A stretch of DNA of 64,000 nt from an uncultured Chloroflexia bacterium (lineage in GTDB: Bacteria > Chloroflexota > Limnocylindria > Limnocylindrales > CSP1-4). Position 1 is the stretch's first letter; each line of letters opens with the position of its first letter. Both the position numbers and the translations under genes were made by a program. The notes under the pieces were generated by a model. The model made no database searches and was not told the DNA's origin. It was given only the letters and a program-made list of their open reading frames with translations. The DNA lies in the NCBI GenBank assembly GCA_963813535.1, contig CAWEZH010000002.1, forward strand, positions 256,001 through 320,000, in the 5' to 3' direction. Of this stretch, positions 9,564 through 21,012 are shown in pieces.

Positions 9564-10571
9564 CTAGTCGAGGTCGCGCAGAAGCTCGGCCAGCATCAGC
9601 GCGTTCGTCGCGCCGTAGTTCGCGTAGCAGTTGTTGAAGAGCACATGCGTCTGCGCCGCCTGACCGGCGGCATCGCGGACCCGCGGTACCCACTCTTCGA
9701 GCTCGTCCTCGTCATAGAGGTAGCGGAAGCGCTCGACGGTCTTGATGTTCTGCGCCTCCCACGTCTCGGCCCGCCGACCGTGGAAGCGGACGACGGCGAG
9801 GTCGGGCGACGTCGCCGCGACGATCGGGGGCACGCTCGACTTGAAGCCCTGCGGGCCGTCGACCATGACGAGGGGGATCTGGCGGTCGCCCAGGAAGGCG
9901 AGCGTCCGTTCGATGTTCTTCTCGTTGAACCATGTCCCGTTGCGGAACTCGACGGCCGGCGTCATGCCGACCTTGCGCAGCCGATCGACGGCATCCTCGA
10001 TGGTGTCCCGGTTCTCCGAGGAGGTGAAGAACCAACGCGGGTACTGCAACAGGATCGAGCCCAGCTGGCCCGCCTCGGCGAGTGGTTCGAGCCCGTCGGC
10101 GAACCACGCCCACACGTCGTCCTTCAGGTCGTCGGGCAGGTCCTTGGCGTAGATCCGCTGCTTCTCGGCGACCTCGGCCGGTAGCGCTTCGCGAAGGTCC
10201 TTCGGCAGCCGCTTGGTCTCGGTCGGCTGGCCGGTCATCAGGGCATGCGCCTTGATGTCGAACGTGAAGTCGGGCGGTGTGCGCTGCACCCACAGCTCGG
10301 ACGTCCGTCGGACCGGCAGCGAGTAATACGTCGCGTCGACCTCGACGAGCGGGAAGCGCGATGCGTAGTACTGGAGGCGTTCCTCGGCGCTGTCGGCGCC
10401 GGTCGGGTAGAACACGCCGGCTGCGGTCATGGTCGGGTCGGTCCACGACGCCGTGCCGATGCGGATCGAGCCGCCGTTCGGGGCATCGAAGGGGTTCGCG
10501 GCCACGTCCTCGGAGCCGTCGAAGGTCGCTGCCGCGGCGTCGGCACCCGGGTCGTGGAGGTTCGTGGCCAT
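9564..10571 (-). CDS. DUF72 (YecE-like) domain protein
   Basis: IGTASW, VEVDATYY, LLQYP, VEFR, VRFHGR, YLY, LFNN. Confidence 0.9.
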   Translation of the reverse strand: MATNLHDPGADAAAATFDGSEDVAANPFDAPNGGSIRIGTASWTDPTMTAAGVFYPTGADSAEERLQYYASRFPLVEVDATYYSLPVRRTSELWVQRTPPDFTFDIKAHALMTGQPTETKRLPKDLREALPAEVAEKQRIYAKDLPDDLKDDVWAWFADGLEPLAEAGQLGSILLQYPRWFFTSSENRDTIEDAVDRLRKVGMTPAVEFRNGTWFNEKNIERTLAFLGDRQIPLVMVDGPQGFKSSVPPIVAATSPDLAVVRFHGRRAETWEAQNIKTVERFRYLYDEDELEEWVPRVRDAAGQAAQTHVLFNNCYANYGATNALMLAELLRDLD

Positions 10572-10605
10572 GCCGGTCAGGGTACCGCGACGCTACGATC
10601 GGTCG

Positions 10606-10878
10606 ATGACCGATCGACCGACCAGGAGGCTCGAGATCGGGCTCGACCTCACGGACGACGAACTCGCCGAGCTCGAGCGGGCACTCCTCAAGGCCCGTGC
10701 CACCGAGCTCGGCGAGGTCCGGCGACGCGACGTCCGCCTGAGCGCGGGGTACGGCGATTCGACGACCCGCGAGGTCCTCGACGACGAAGGCCGCCGAGCC
10801 CAGCTCCGCCACGATGCCCTGTCGAAGCTCATCGAGGCGTTACGCCGGCGCTCCTCTCACACGACAGATCGCGCTTGA
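10606..10878 (+). CDS. Small helical hypothetical protein
   Basis: ATG at 10606, divergent from DUF72; GC3-rich codon pattern. Confidence 0.55.
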   Translation: MTDRPTRRLEIGLDLTDDELAELERALLKARATELGEVRRRDVRLSAGYGDSTTREVLDDEGRRAQLRHDALSKLIEALRRRSSHTTDRA

Positions 10879-11142
10879 CGTGACGGCCGGTCGGGCCAGG
10901 ACCTGGCCATCGGTGCACCAGGCGCACCGTATGGCACCTGACACGGGGTCACCGCCGATCGAACGCGCCGCTCGTACGACACTCCATGCACGAATCGGGG
11001 CGCGGATGCTCAACAGTCCCGGCGCGGTGGCCCCGATCGAGCGCCGTAGGAGGCCGTAGGTGCACGTCATGCACCGATGGCCACATCGCGGCGAACGCCA
11101 CGCCGTCCCCGCTCGTCAGGCCGGATCGGCCCGCCCGAAGCT

Positions 11143-11574
11143 CTAGCGCGTCGGCCGGTGGAACCCGTCCTTGTATTGATCCCAGGTCTCGCGAGCGAGG
11201 TCGCGCACCGCGTCGTCGTCGATCGATTCGGGCGCCGTGATATTCAGGCAGCTCCGGCCGATCTTCGTGCCGGGGAAGCGGTCGTGGACGGCCTCCACGA
11301 GGTAGCCGCCTGATCGCTGGCCCATCGAGAACAGCGAGATGTAGCCCTTCCGGTTGGCCAACCCGACCGAGAACCAGCGGCCCTTCGGCTTGCCCTTGCT
11401 ATCGGAGTAGTCGTATGAGCCGTAGCCGATGAGTGGGCCGCCGTAGTCCCACATCGTCACATCGGCGTCCGGGATCGTGGCAGTGATCACGTCGTGCAAG
11501 TGCTGCATCTGCGATCGGCGCGGCTCGGGCAGCGCGTCGATGTGGAGCTGCGCCGCCGCACGTCCCTCGTCCAT
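11143..11574 (-). CDS. DUF1801 (YdhG-like) domain protein
   Basis: IGYGSYDY, VGLANRKGYISL, GRSCL. Confidence 0.8.
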   Translation of the reverse strand: MDEGRAAAQLHIDALPEPRRSQMQHLHDVITATIPDADVTMWDYGGPLIGYGSYDYSDSKGKPKGRWFSVGLANRKGYISLFSMGQRSGGYLVEAVHDRFPGTKIGRSCLNITAPESIDDDAVRDLARETWDQYKDGFHRPTR

Positions 11575-11723
11575 CGCCACACGGTACAGGTCCGGAACTT
11601 CCGTACCAGCGACCGCGGCGACGATGGACCGCTTGACGTATCCGGCGTCGGGGCCGATGGTCTGGATACCCAGGCACCCTCCGCCGACGTGGCATTGCCA
11701 GCGCCGGTGGCCCAAGAGTCTCG

Positions 11724-13694
11724 ATGTCCGACCGTCGCTCGCGCCCCCGTCACGGCCGTTCCTTCACGTCGTCCGCACTCGTCCGTGCGACCGTCGTCGC
11801 GTTGCTGCTGTCGCTCGCCGCGATCGCACCGGCGGCAGCTGCGGATCCGACGGCGACGCCAACGGCCACGCCGAGCCCGGACCCGAGCTCCAGCGCGACC
11901 CCCAGCCCCAGCGCGACGGAATCGCCCGAGCCGACCGTCGAGCTGGCGCCCGCTCCGACCCCCAGCCCGACTCCCGGGCCATCGAGCCGGGTCGCCACGG
12001 CAACCCTGGTCGTAACGATGTCCCAGAGTGCTCTGAGCTACGAGCCGAGCACCAACAAGGCCCGGATCCAGATCACGGTCAACGCTTCCGGCGCCGTAGC
12101 TCCGTGGGACTACACCGTGGCGGTCCGTGGCACGACCGTCGGGACCGGATCGAGCTCGGCAGCGTCGGCCAGCGTGACCGTCACCAACGACTGCTCCATC
12201 ACCACCCAAAGCGTGACGGCGCAGGTGACCGACGCCCAGGACCGGACCGCGGGAACCGCGTCGACGCTCGACCGATCGCTGTGTCCGCCGCCACCGAACT
12301 ATCCACACGCCCGTGACCGGATCCTGGCCGGCCCGACGCTGACCGAGACATCGTTCGTCGATCGATTGCGGGCCGTCGGTTCCCCGGCGCTGTCGGAGGG
12401 TCGGTCCATCTATCGAACGCTCGTGGCGGGCGGCGTCAACCCGGCATTCGCCCTCGGAACGTTCCACGCGGAGAGCCACTCGGGCACTCGCGGGTACGCG
12501 ACCACCACGAAGAACTGGGGGAACATCCTCTACTACGAGTGGACGAAGGCATTCGGCGCGACGCCGTACGCACCGGGCAACGGCTACACGTATGCGAAGT
12601 TCCCGACGTGGCACCACAGCGTCCGTGCCCTGGTCGACCTGCTCCAGCGCTACGACCGCAGCGGGTATACGACCGTCAGCTCGGCCTCAGCGCATTGGTT
12701 GGGCTCGATCGAAGGCAGCGACCGACACCTGCGCTACCTCAACAACATCACGGCCGTGATGCGCATCCTCCCCGACGACGCCGTGCCGGTGATGACAGGT
12801 CTCACGGTGCCGACCCGAAGCCGGGCCGCCGTGGGGATCAGCTACTCGGCGAAGGACAACCTCGGCGTGACCGGGTACCAGATCCGCAAGCAGCGTGGAT
12901 CGACCGGCGCCTGGACGTACGAGTCGGTGACCACGCGGAGCCGCACCCTGACGCTGACCACCGGCTGGTGGCGGATCGGCGTCCGTGCGACTGACGCCGC
13001 CGGCAACTGGTCGAGCTGGCGATACGACAGCGTCTCGGTCGATGGGACCAACCCGACGGTGACCGGCCTGAAGGTGTCCCAGACCGTCGTCCGCTCGGTC
13101 GACGCGCGGTTCAGCGCATCGTGGAGCGCGACCGACAACGTCGGTGTCGCCCGGTATCAGTGGCGCACGCGGGGTCGACCGGCCGGCGCCACGTCGGGCG
13201 TGCACTCGACCACGGCCCGGAGTGCGACCTTCGCATTCCCCACCGGCAGCTGGGACCTCGAGATCCGCGCGGTCGATGCCGTCGGCAACGCCAGCCCATG
13301 GCGGACGCAGCGCATCGTGGTCCCGCGCGACGATCGCGCGTTCGCGTTCTCGACCGGCAATGTCCGTCGCGCGATCGCCGATGCGTATCGGCGCACCCTC
13401 ACCGCGAACAACATCCCCGGCAGCGAGCTCACCGTCACGAGCTCGGATGGCGACGCGTTCTACGTGGTCGGGCGGGTCGGCCCGAGGTACGGACGGATGC
13501 GCATCACCGTCGACGGCGTGTCGACGACCATCGACACCGGCTTCTACCAGGGCAAGCGGGCCACGGCGATCCGGGATCGCGTGCTGCTCTTCAGCGCATA
13601 CCTCACGCCCGGCGCGCACACGGTCACCATCACGAACGTGGGTTCGGCGGGCCGGGTCACCATCGCGATCGACGCACTCGATTTCGCCCGCTAG
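11724..13694 (+). CDS. Secreted multidomain protein: lysozyme/glucosaminidase-like domain plus Ig/Fn3-like repeats
   Basis: Signal peptide; PT/PS linker; GVNPAFALG.FHAES..GT...NWGNI; repeated ATD..GN.S.W and SATDNVGV..Y motifs. Confidence 0.65.
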   Translation: MSDRRSRPRHGRSFTSSALVRATVVALLLSLAAIAPAAAADPTATPTATPSPDPSSSATPSPSATESPEPTVELAPAPTPSPTPGPSSRVATATLVVTMSQSALSYEPSTNKARIQITVNASGAVAPWDYTVAVRGTTVGTGSSSAASASVTVTNDCSITTQSVTAQVTDAQDRTAGTASTLDRSLCPPPPNYPHARDRILAGPTLTETSFVDRLRAVGSPALSEGRSIYRTLVAGGVNPAFALGTFHAESHSGTRGYATTTKNWGNILYYEWTKAFGATPYAPGNGYTYAKFPTWHHSVRALVDLLQRYDRSGYTTVSSASAHWLGSIEGSDRHLRYLNNITAVMRILPDDAVPVMTGLTVPTRSRAAVGISYSAKDNLGVTGYQIRKQRGSTGAWTYESVTTRSRTLTLTTGWWRIGVRATDAAGNWSSWRYDSVSVDGTNPTVTGLKVSQTVVRSVDARFSASWSATDNVGVARYQWRTRGRPAGATSGVHSTTARSATFAFPTGSWDLEIRAVDAVGNASPWRTQRIVVPRDDRAFAFSTGNVRRAIADAYRRTLTANNIPGSELTVTSSDGDAFYVVGRVGPRYGRMRITVDGVSTTIDTGFYQGKRATAIRDRVLLFSAYLTPGAHTVTITNVGSAGRVTIAIDALDFAR

Positions 13695-13717
13695 ACGGCG
13701 CGCCGGCAAGGGCCGCG

Positions 13718-13734
13718 ATACCCCATGGGGGTAT
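13718..13734. promoter_or_regulatory. CsoR/RcnR-like operator palindrome
   Basis: ATACCCC-ATG-GGGGTAT, overlapping a TTGACA at 13734. Confidence 0.45.
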
Positions 13735-13745
13735 TGACACAGGTC

Positions 13746-13774
13746 TTGACAAATGGGCCTGAAAGACGCATCAT
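13746..13774 (+). promoter_or_regulatory. Putative sigma-70 promoter of dnaG-rpoD
   Basis: TTGACA-17 nt-CATCAT. Confidence 0.5.
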
Positions 13775-13896
13775 TCTCGGCAGTAGGGCTTGTCAAGACT
13801 TGACAGGCCCACAGGTGTGTCCGGGACCATGCGGGTGGTCGGTGGGCAGAAGCGAAACGGCGTCGCCTGGTCAGCGGCGGGGGTAAGGAGCGGAGT

Positions 13897-15798
13897 TTGT
13901 CGGTCGGCGTCACTGCCGAGGTCAAGAGCAAGTTGTCGGTCGTCGACGTGGTCGGCGAGAGCGTCACCCTCAAGAAGGCGGGCACCACGTACAAGGGGCT
14001 GTGCCCCTTCCACGGCGAGAAGACGCCGTCGTTCGTGGTCACCCCTGTTCGCGAGTCGTGGCACTGCTTCGGCTGCGGCAAGGGCGGGGACATCTTCAGC
14101 TTCGTCATGGAGCGCGACGGGATGTCGTTCCCGGAAGCGCTGCGCACGCTGGCGGGCAAGGCCGGCGTCGAGATCGACGAGCGCACCAAGCGTGAGGACG
14201 CCCGCAAGGCTCGGCTTCGCGGGGTGCTCGACACGGCGATCGCCTTCTACCACGCCGTCCTGACCGGCACCAAGGCCGGTGAGCCGGCGCTCGCGTATCT
14301 GCGTGATCGTGGCTTCACGGACGAGACGATCGAGGCCCACCAGCTCGGCTGGGCGCCGGCCGGCTGGGACGTGATGGCTCGGCAGCTCCAGGCCAAGCGG
14401 GGCACCAACCCCGACGACCTGGTCGAGGTCGGTCTGGCGAGTCCGAGCCAGCGCGGTCGCGGCGTCATCGACAAGTTCCGGGCACGCGTCCTGTTCCCGA
14501 TCCGCGACCAGAACGGCAACGCGGTCGGACTTGGCGGGCGGTTGCTCGAGGGGGAGGGGCCCAAGTACCTGAACTCGCCGGCCACGCCGCTGTTCGACAA
14601 GAGCCGGACGCTGTACCTCATCGACCGCGCCAAGGGCCCCATCCGCAAGTCGGAGCAGGCCGTCATCGTCGAGGGCTACACCGACGCACTGATGGCCCAT
14701 CAGGCCGGGTTCGAGAACGTGGTCGCCAGCCTGGGGACCGCGCTCACCCCGAACCACATCGGGTTGCTAACGCGGTACGCCAAGCGCATCGCGCTCGCGT
14801 ACGACGTCGACCCGGCGGGCGAGAAGGCGGGCACGCTGGGCGTGACCGCGTTGGCCGGCCTCATCACCCAGCTCCAGGGTGACGACTCGGGCGTGAAGCT
14901 CGAGGACGTCCGCGTCGTCCGGCTCCCGGCCGGCCAGGATCCGGACGAGGTCGTGCGCGACGAGCCGGCTCGCTGGGAGTCGGCGGTCGCGGCTGCGAAG
15001 CCGCTCGTCGAATACCTGATCGATCACCACGCGTCGCGCCACGACCTCAAGACCGCGACCGGCCGGCTGGCGTTCGCCGATGCGGTGATCCCGGCCATCC
15101 GCGACATCGCCGATCCGCTCCGGCGCGATGAGGCGCTGCAGCAGATGCACCGCGTGTCCGGCATCGACGAGCGGGTGCTTCGGCAGTCGCTCGAACGACG
15201 GATGGCCGCGGTGGGGCCGGGTCAGCGCGACGGGACGAGCCGGATCACTGCCGATGCCGTGCTCGCGTCCCCGGATGCCCTGCCGATCGACGACATCCTG
15301 CGGGCGGTGACCCCGGTCGAGGCGGAGCTGCTGCGGCTGCTCCTGCTCGTCCCCGACCAGCAGATCCGGGTCGCCGAGCAGCTCGGGCCCGACCAGTTGC
15401 CAAGCACGCTCGCCCGGGAGCTGTATCGGGCGATCGTCCTGGCTCGCGAGCCGGACGACCACGGCGTCCATCCGCCCTTCGACACGGTCGCGTTCATGGC
15501 CGGCCTGGCCGACGGGGAGGTCCGCTCGCTCGCCCAGGCAGTCCTCGCGGTCCAGAAACCGCTGCCCGAGGCACGCGAGGTGCAGCGCCTCCTCATCGAT
15601 ATCGAAGGTGCCCGGCTGCGCGACCACATCGACTTCCTCGAGGCATCGCTGATGGAGGCGGAGCGCGAACGCGACCGCACGGCGATCGACCGTCTGCAAC
15701 TCGAACTCAAACTTGCCATCGAAACCCGTCGATCGATCGATCGACGTCGCGAAGACACCCGACTTCTGGCGCGGCCCACCGTGGCCGCGCAGACCTGA
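13897..15798 (+). CDS. dnaG: DNA primase
   Basis: CHC2 zinc finger (CPFH..WHCFGC), KYLNSP, TOPRIM EGYTD and YDVDPAG; AAGGAG RBS before the TTG start. Confidence 0.97.
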   Translation: MSVGVTAEVKSKLSVVDVVGESVTLKKAGTTYKGLCPFHGEKTPSFVVTPVRESWHCFGCGKGGDIFSFVMERDGMSFPEALRTLAGKAGVEIDERTKREDARKARLRGVLDTAIAFYHAVLTGTKAGEPALAYLRDRGFTDETIEAHQLGWAPAGWDVMARQLQAKRGTNPDDLVEVGLASPSQRGRGVIDKFRARVLFPIRDQNGNAVGLGGRLLEGEGPKYLNSPATPLFDKSRTLYLIDRAKGPIRKSEQAVIVEGYTDALMAHQAGFENVVASLGTALTPNHIGLLTRYAKRIALAYDVDPAGEKAGTLGVTALAGLITQLQGDDSGVKLEDVRVVRLPAGQDPDEVVRDEPARWESAVAAAKPLVEYLIDHHASRHDLKTATGRLAFADAVIPAIRDIADPLRRDEALQQMHRVSGIDERVLRQSLERRMAAVGPGQRDGTSRITADAVLASPDALPIDDILRAVTPVEAELLRLLLLVPDQQIRVAEQLGPDQLPSTLARELYRAIVLAREPDDHGVHPPFDTVAFMAGLADGEVRSLAQAVLAVQKPLPEAREVQRLLIDIEGARLRDHIDFLEASLMEAERERDRTAIDRLQLELKLAIETRRSIDRRREDTRLLARPTVAAQT

Positions 15799-15821
15799 GA
15801 CCTCGATCCAAGGAGGACCGA

Positions 15822-17540
<1,719 letters not shown>

Positions 17541-17608
17541 GCTTACCGGGCGCTCCGTCCGAGTGACTTCCTCACGCGACGCTAAGCGGGGTGCCGGAGA
17601 ACGACCCC

Positions 17609-17992
17609 ATGGCCAGTGACGGCAAGCCCATCCTGGACGGAGAGGCCGCGGATCAGACCACCGCGGCGGCATTGACGGAGTGGCGAGAGGCGGAGCGCTC
17701 CGTCGCCGTGGCGCGCCGTGGCCGCCTGGCGGCTCAGGCCGCGATGGAGGCGGCAGGGCAGGCGACTGAGGCTGCGCAGAGGACAGCCGATGCCGCAAGG
17801 ACGGCGCTCGAGGCCGCGACGCTCGCCGAGGGGTCAGCTGCCGAAACGGCGCGAGCGGCGCGCGTCGTCGTGCAATCGACGCGACAAGACCTGGCGTTGA
17901 GCGAGGACGATGTCGCCCAGGCCGACATCAACGAGGTCGAGGCTCACGAGCACTATCGGCAGGCGTTCGAGAGGGCGGAAACCAAGCACTGA
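17609..17992 (+). CDS. Ala-rich coiled-coil hypothetical protein
   Basis: ORF with GGAGA upstream and helical composition. Confidence 0.6.
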   Translation: MASDGKPILDGEAADQTTAAALTEWREAERSVAVARRGRLAAQAAMEAAGQATEAAQRTADAARTALEAATLAEGSAAETARAARVVVQSTRQDLALSEDDVAQADINEVEAHEHYRQAFERAETKH

Positions 17993-18026
17993 CCGTGCCA
18001 CGCCTCGAACCGGCCGGCGAACGTTG

Positions 18027-18248
18027 ATGCGCTACGAGGACCGCGACAAGCTCGGAGTCGCGCGTCGACGCGCGACTCGCGACTGGCTGATGGGGTACGG
18101 GATGGCGGACACCGCGGCCGATTCGTGGTGCGACGCGTGGGAAGCGGAGGCGACCGCACGCGGACTCCACCGGCAGTCACTCGATTTCTGGATGGACGCC
18201 GGCCCGTGGATCGCCGAACGGCTCGATTCGGGCGGGCGGCCCGCCTGA
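18027..18248 (+). CDS. Small Trp-rich hypothetical protein (WCDAW motif)
   Basis: 73-aa ORF; a degenerate paralog lies at ~20190-20330. Confidence 0.55.
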   Translation: MRYEDRDKLGVARRRATRDWLMGYGMADTAADSWCDAWEAEATARGLHRQSLDFWMDAGPWIAERLDSGGRPA

Positions 18249-19121
18249 TCACGAAGCTCCGGGCGGCGGATCGCCCGGGTCGTCGCCAGTCGCGACCGGT
18301 AGGCCCTGTTGCGTCCAGTCACTGTATGAGCCGGGGTACAGGACGGCGTCCGGTAGGCCGGCGATGCGCATCGCCAGGGCGTCGTGCGTCGCCGATACGC
18401 CGCTGCCGCACGAGACGACGACCTGGCCCTGCGTGCCATCGGCGCCGAGCGCGCGGTAGCGCGTCGCCAATTCGCCGGTGGCGAGGAAGCGCCCATCGGC
18501 CGCGAGGTTCGCGTCCGTCGGGGCACTGATCGCCGTCGGGATGTGACCGGGATAGGCATCGATCGGCTCGGTCTCGCCGCGGTACCGGGCTCCAGCCCTT
18601 GCATCGAGCAGCCGGACCGTGCCCAGGGTGGAGCGCAGCTTGTCGCGCTCCATCACCCGACGCCAGGTCCCCCGCAGGGATAGCCGCGTGGACGGCCACG
18701 CCGGCTCCTCGGTCGTGAGGGGGAGCCCGGCCGTCGTCCACCCCTGCAGACCGCCGTCGAGCACGGCGACCGATCCATGGCCGAGGTCGTCGAGCATCCA
18801 CCACAATCGAGCCGCCACCCACCCGCCGACATCGTCATAGGCGACGACGGCGTGCTCGTTCCCGATGCCGACGTCGGCCAGCCGTGCCGCGAAGACGGCC
18901 GGGTCGGGTAGGGGATGTCGACCCGGACCGGTCCGAGCCGTGAGGTCGGTATCGATGTCCAGATGGATGGCGCCCGGAAGGTGCCCGGCGTCATACGCAA
19001 GCCGGCCGTCACCCGGACGACCCAGGTACCAGCGACAGTCGACCACGCGAAGTCCCGGGTCCCCCAGCGCTGCGGCCAAAGCCGCCACGGACACGATCGG
19101 CCCGACGAGCCCCGTACTCAT
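18249..19121 (-). CDS. Tandem-rhodanese sulfurtransferase (SseA-like)
   Basis: GHLPGA, GRHPLP, GHIPTA, CGSGVSA, LYPGSYSDW. Confidence 0.92.
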   Translation of the reverse strand: MSTGLVGPIVSVAALAAALGDPGLRVVDCRWYLGRPGDGRLAYDAGHLPGAIHLDIDTDLTARTGPGRHPLPDPAVFAARLADVGIGNEHAVVAYDDVGGWVAARLWWMLDDLGHGSVAVLDGGLQGWTTAGLPLTTEEPAWPSTRLSLRGTWRRVMERDKLRSTLGTVRLLDARAGARYRGETEPIDAYPGHIPTAISAPTDANLAADGRFLATGELATRYRALGADGTQGQVVVSCGSGVSATHDALAMRIAGLPDAVLYPGSYSDWTQQGLPVATGDDPGDPPPGAS

Positions 19122-19915
19122 CCTCGAAGCGCCCATCGGTCCGGCGTCAGACCGATCGGCGCGTCGACGAGGGCGTCCGCGTCGCCGGACACCGGGCGGA
19201 GCCCGCCGGTCATCCAGTCGCGGTACCAGGGCGACCAGGTCCTCGCCCCCGCCCTGCCGCCGAACCCGTCGTGATACTCGGCGTAGGTTCCGCCGAACGG
19301 CGGCTCATCGGTCGGGCGGCGCGAGGTGAACTTGGCCGCGTCGTGCAGCCCGGGGAGCTCGGCCTCGGACACGCCAAGCCCTCGGTACACCGACTCGACC
19401 TGGTGCAGCCACTCATGCACGTAGCCCTGTTCGGGGTCCGGGTCGGTGGCGAGCGTGCGCCAATGGTCGGTCGAGATCGACGAGAAACCCGCTCCGAACG
19501 TGCCGTCAGACGGGCCGAGCGTGCAGCCCCAGCCGCATTGCGGCACGTCGGGGTCGCCCGGCCAGAGCGCGTAGACCGAGTCGTAGCGAGCGCCGGTGCC
19601 GGCCACCTCGGTCAACTCCGGTCGGACCTCGCGCGGCCCGACCCACCATCGACCGCCGCCACTCGACGACAACGACGTCAGCGGCCGACGCGGTTCGACG
19701 ATGTCGAGCGGCTCAAGGGTCGCCAGCCCTGAGCTCCAGTCGAACACGGTGGCAGGCAGGCGATCGAGCACCGAGCCCACGACATCGCGCTCCTCGCGTG
19801 TCATCACCCGACGCGCCCGTCGCCGCGACAGCCCGGAACCGTACCGGGCGTCGAGGACCGGATAGATCAGCACGAGCGTGCGCCAACGCTGGACCGTCGG
19901 TGGGGGAGCTGTCAC
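19118..19915 (-). CDS. Hypothetical protein with an HExxH motif (possible zinc metallopeptidase)
   Basis: GYVHEWLHQVE with a downstream LHD; its stop overlaps the sulfurtransferase start. Confidence 0.55.
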   Translation of the reverse strand: MTAPPPTVQRWRTLVLIYPVLDARYGSGLSRRRARRVMTREERDVVGSVLDRLPATVFDWSSGLATLEPLDIVEPRRPLTSLSSSGGGRWWVGPREVRPELTEVAGTGARYDSVYALWPGDPDVPQCGWGCTLGPSDGTFGAGFSSISTDHWRTLATDPDPEQGYVHEWLHQVESVYRGLGVSEAELPGLHDAAKFTSRRPTDEPPFGGTYAEYHDGFGGRAGARTWSPWYRDWMTGGLRPVSGDADALVDAPIGLTPDRWALRG

Positions 19916-20067
19916 GTCGGCAGGGTATCGCCTGCTAGCATCGATGGGTTGGACGTCGAAACCTTCTCGAGCGTCCCTGACCCCGGTTTCGCCAGCAGTA
20001 GCGGCCCTGCGGTATCCTTCCGACCGGCCGCGCGACGTCGCCCAGCGAGCGCGAGGCTCGCGTCCGT

Positions 20068-20142
20068 TCCGGCGTAGCTCAGTGGTAGAGCGGGCGGCTG
20101 TTAACCGCTTGGTCGTAGGTTCGAATCCTACCGCCGGAGCCA
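20068..20142 (+). tRNA. tRNA-Asn (GTT)
   Basis: 75-nt cloverleaf: TCCGGCG acceptor, AGCTCAGTGGTAGAGC D-arm, anticodon loop CTGTTAA, GGTTCGAATCC T-arm, encoded CCA. Confidence 0.97.
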
Positions 20143-20959
20143 ATCCCCACTCGGTTGCACAGTTGTGCACGGATCTGTAGGCACGGGTCAGGACGGGACG
20201 TCCGGGGACAGCAGCCTTTGGCCCCATCCCAGTAACTCTGCGATCGCCTGTTGATCGGCCTCGTCCGGCCAGGCGTCGCACCACGCGTCGGGGGTCTCGA
20301 TCGGCATCCCGTGGTCGGCGGGACCGTTGCGGACGGAGACGGTGACGGCGCGTACCGGTGCCGAGATGACTCGGTCGGCAGTCTCTCCTCGGCTCTGCGC
20401 GAGCCAGCGCCAGAACGTGGCAGTGCGCGTCTTGATGATGCGGGGAGACGAGCAGGAGTCGCAGGAACAGGCCATGACAAGGGTCCCTCCGGTGATATGT
20501 CCTAGTTGCGACAGGAACTCGCGCTAGGAAGCTCTAGGAGTGACGCTAGGCGCTCCTGGTAGCAAGACACCTGCAACCCGGTTGCGGTCCATGTCGGTAC
20601 CGACATCGGACGTCGGGCGCGGAGGCGCGAGGAGAAGTGCTCGGACCCGGAGCGCGACTTTTGCTAGGGGACGACCCGAGCGACCTAGAAGCGAGGGCGA
20701 GCCGATGACCGCGTCGTAAGCGGCGACAGCTCGACTGTCAGATCCCCGGCTCCGGTCCCGGACCCTCGATCCCGCGTCAGCGGCCAGTCGGCACGAATAC
20801 CAGTCGAATCGGTCCGCGGCTATTCGCGCTCGACGCTCCATCCGCGAACATCGCAGGCCAAAGTCGGTCATGCCGGCGTTGACCGTCCCGCCTTCCGCCC
20901 GGCCGCTCGATCCTGGTGGTGGCAGCTGACCTTCGTCTGGTCTGACGCTGCACAGAATC

Positions 20960-20991
20960 GAACGGCCGGCCCCCCCAGAGGCCGGCCGTTC
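20960..20991 (-). terminator. Hairpin downstream of the 21013-21444 gene
   Basis: GAACGGCCGGCC-N8-GGCCGGCCGTTC, a perfect 12-bp stem. Confidence 0.6.
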
Positions 20992-21012
20992 CGCGGGTAA
21001 GTAGGAGGCGAC

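Noticed and set aside
9965-9985. Further parS-like copy (CCTTGCGCAG)
   Set aside because: Only a half match, not palindromic, and 30 kb from the cluster.
10879-11142. Small ORFs or an ncRNA in this gap
   Set aside because: No RBS, recognisable motif or convincing structure.
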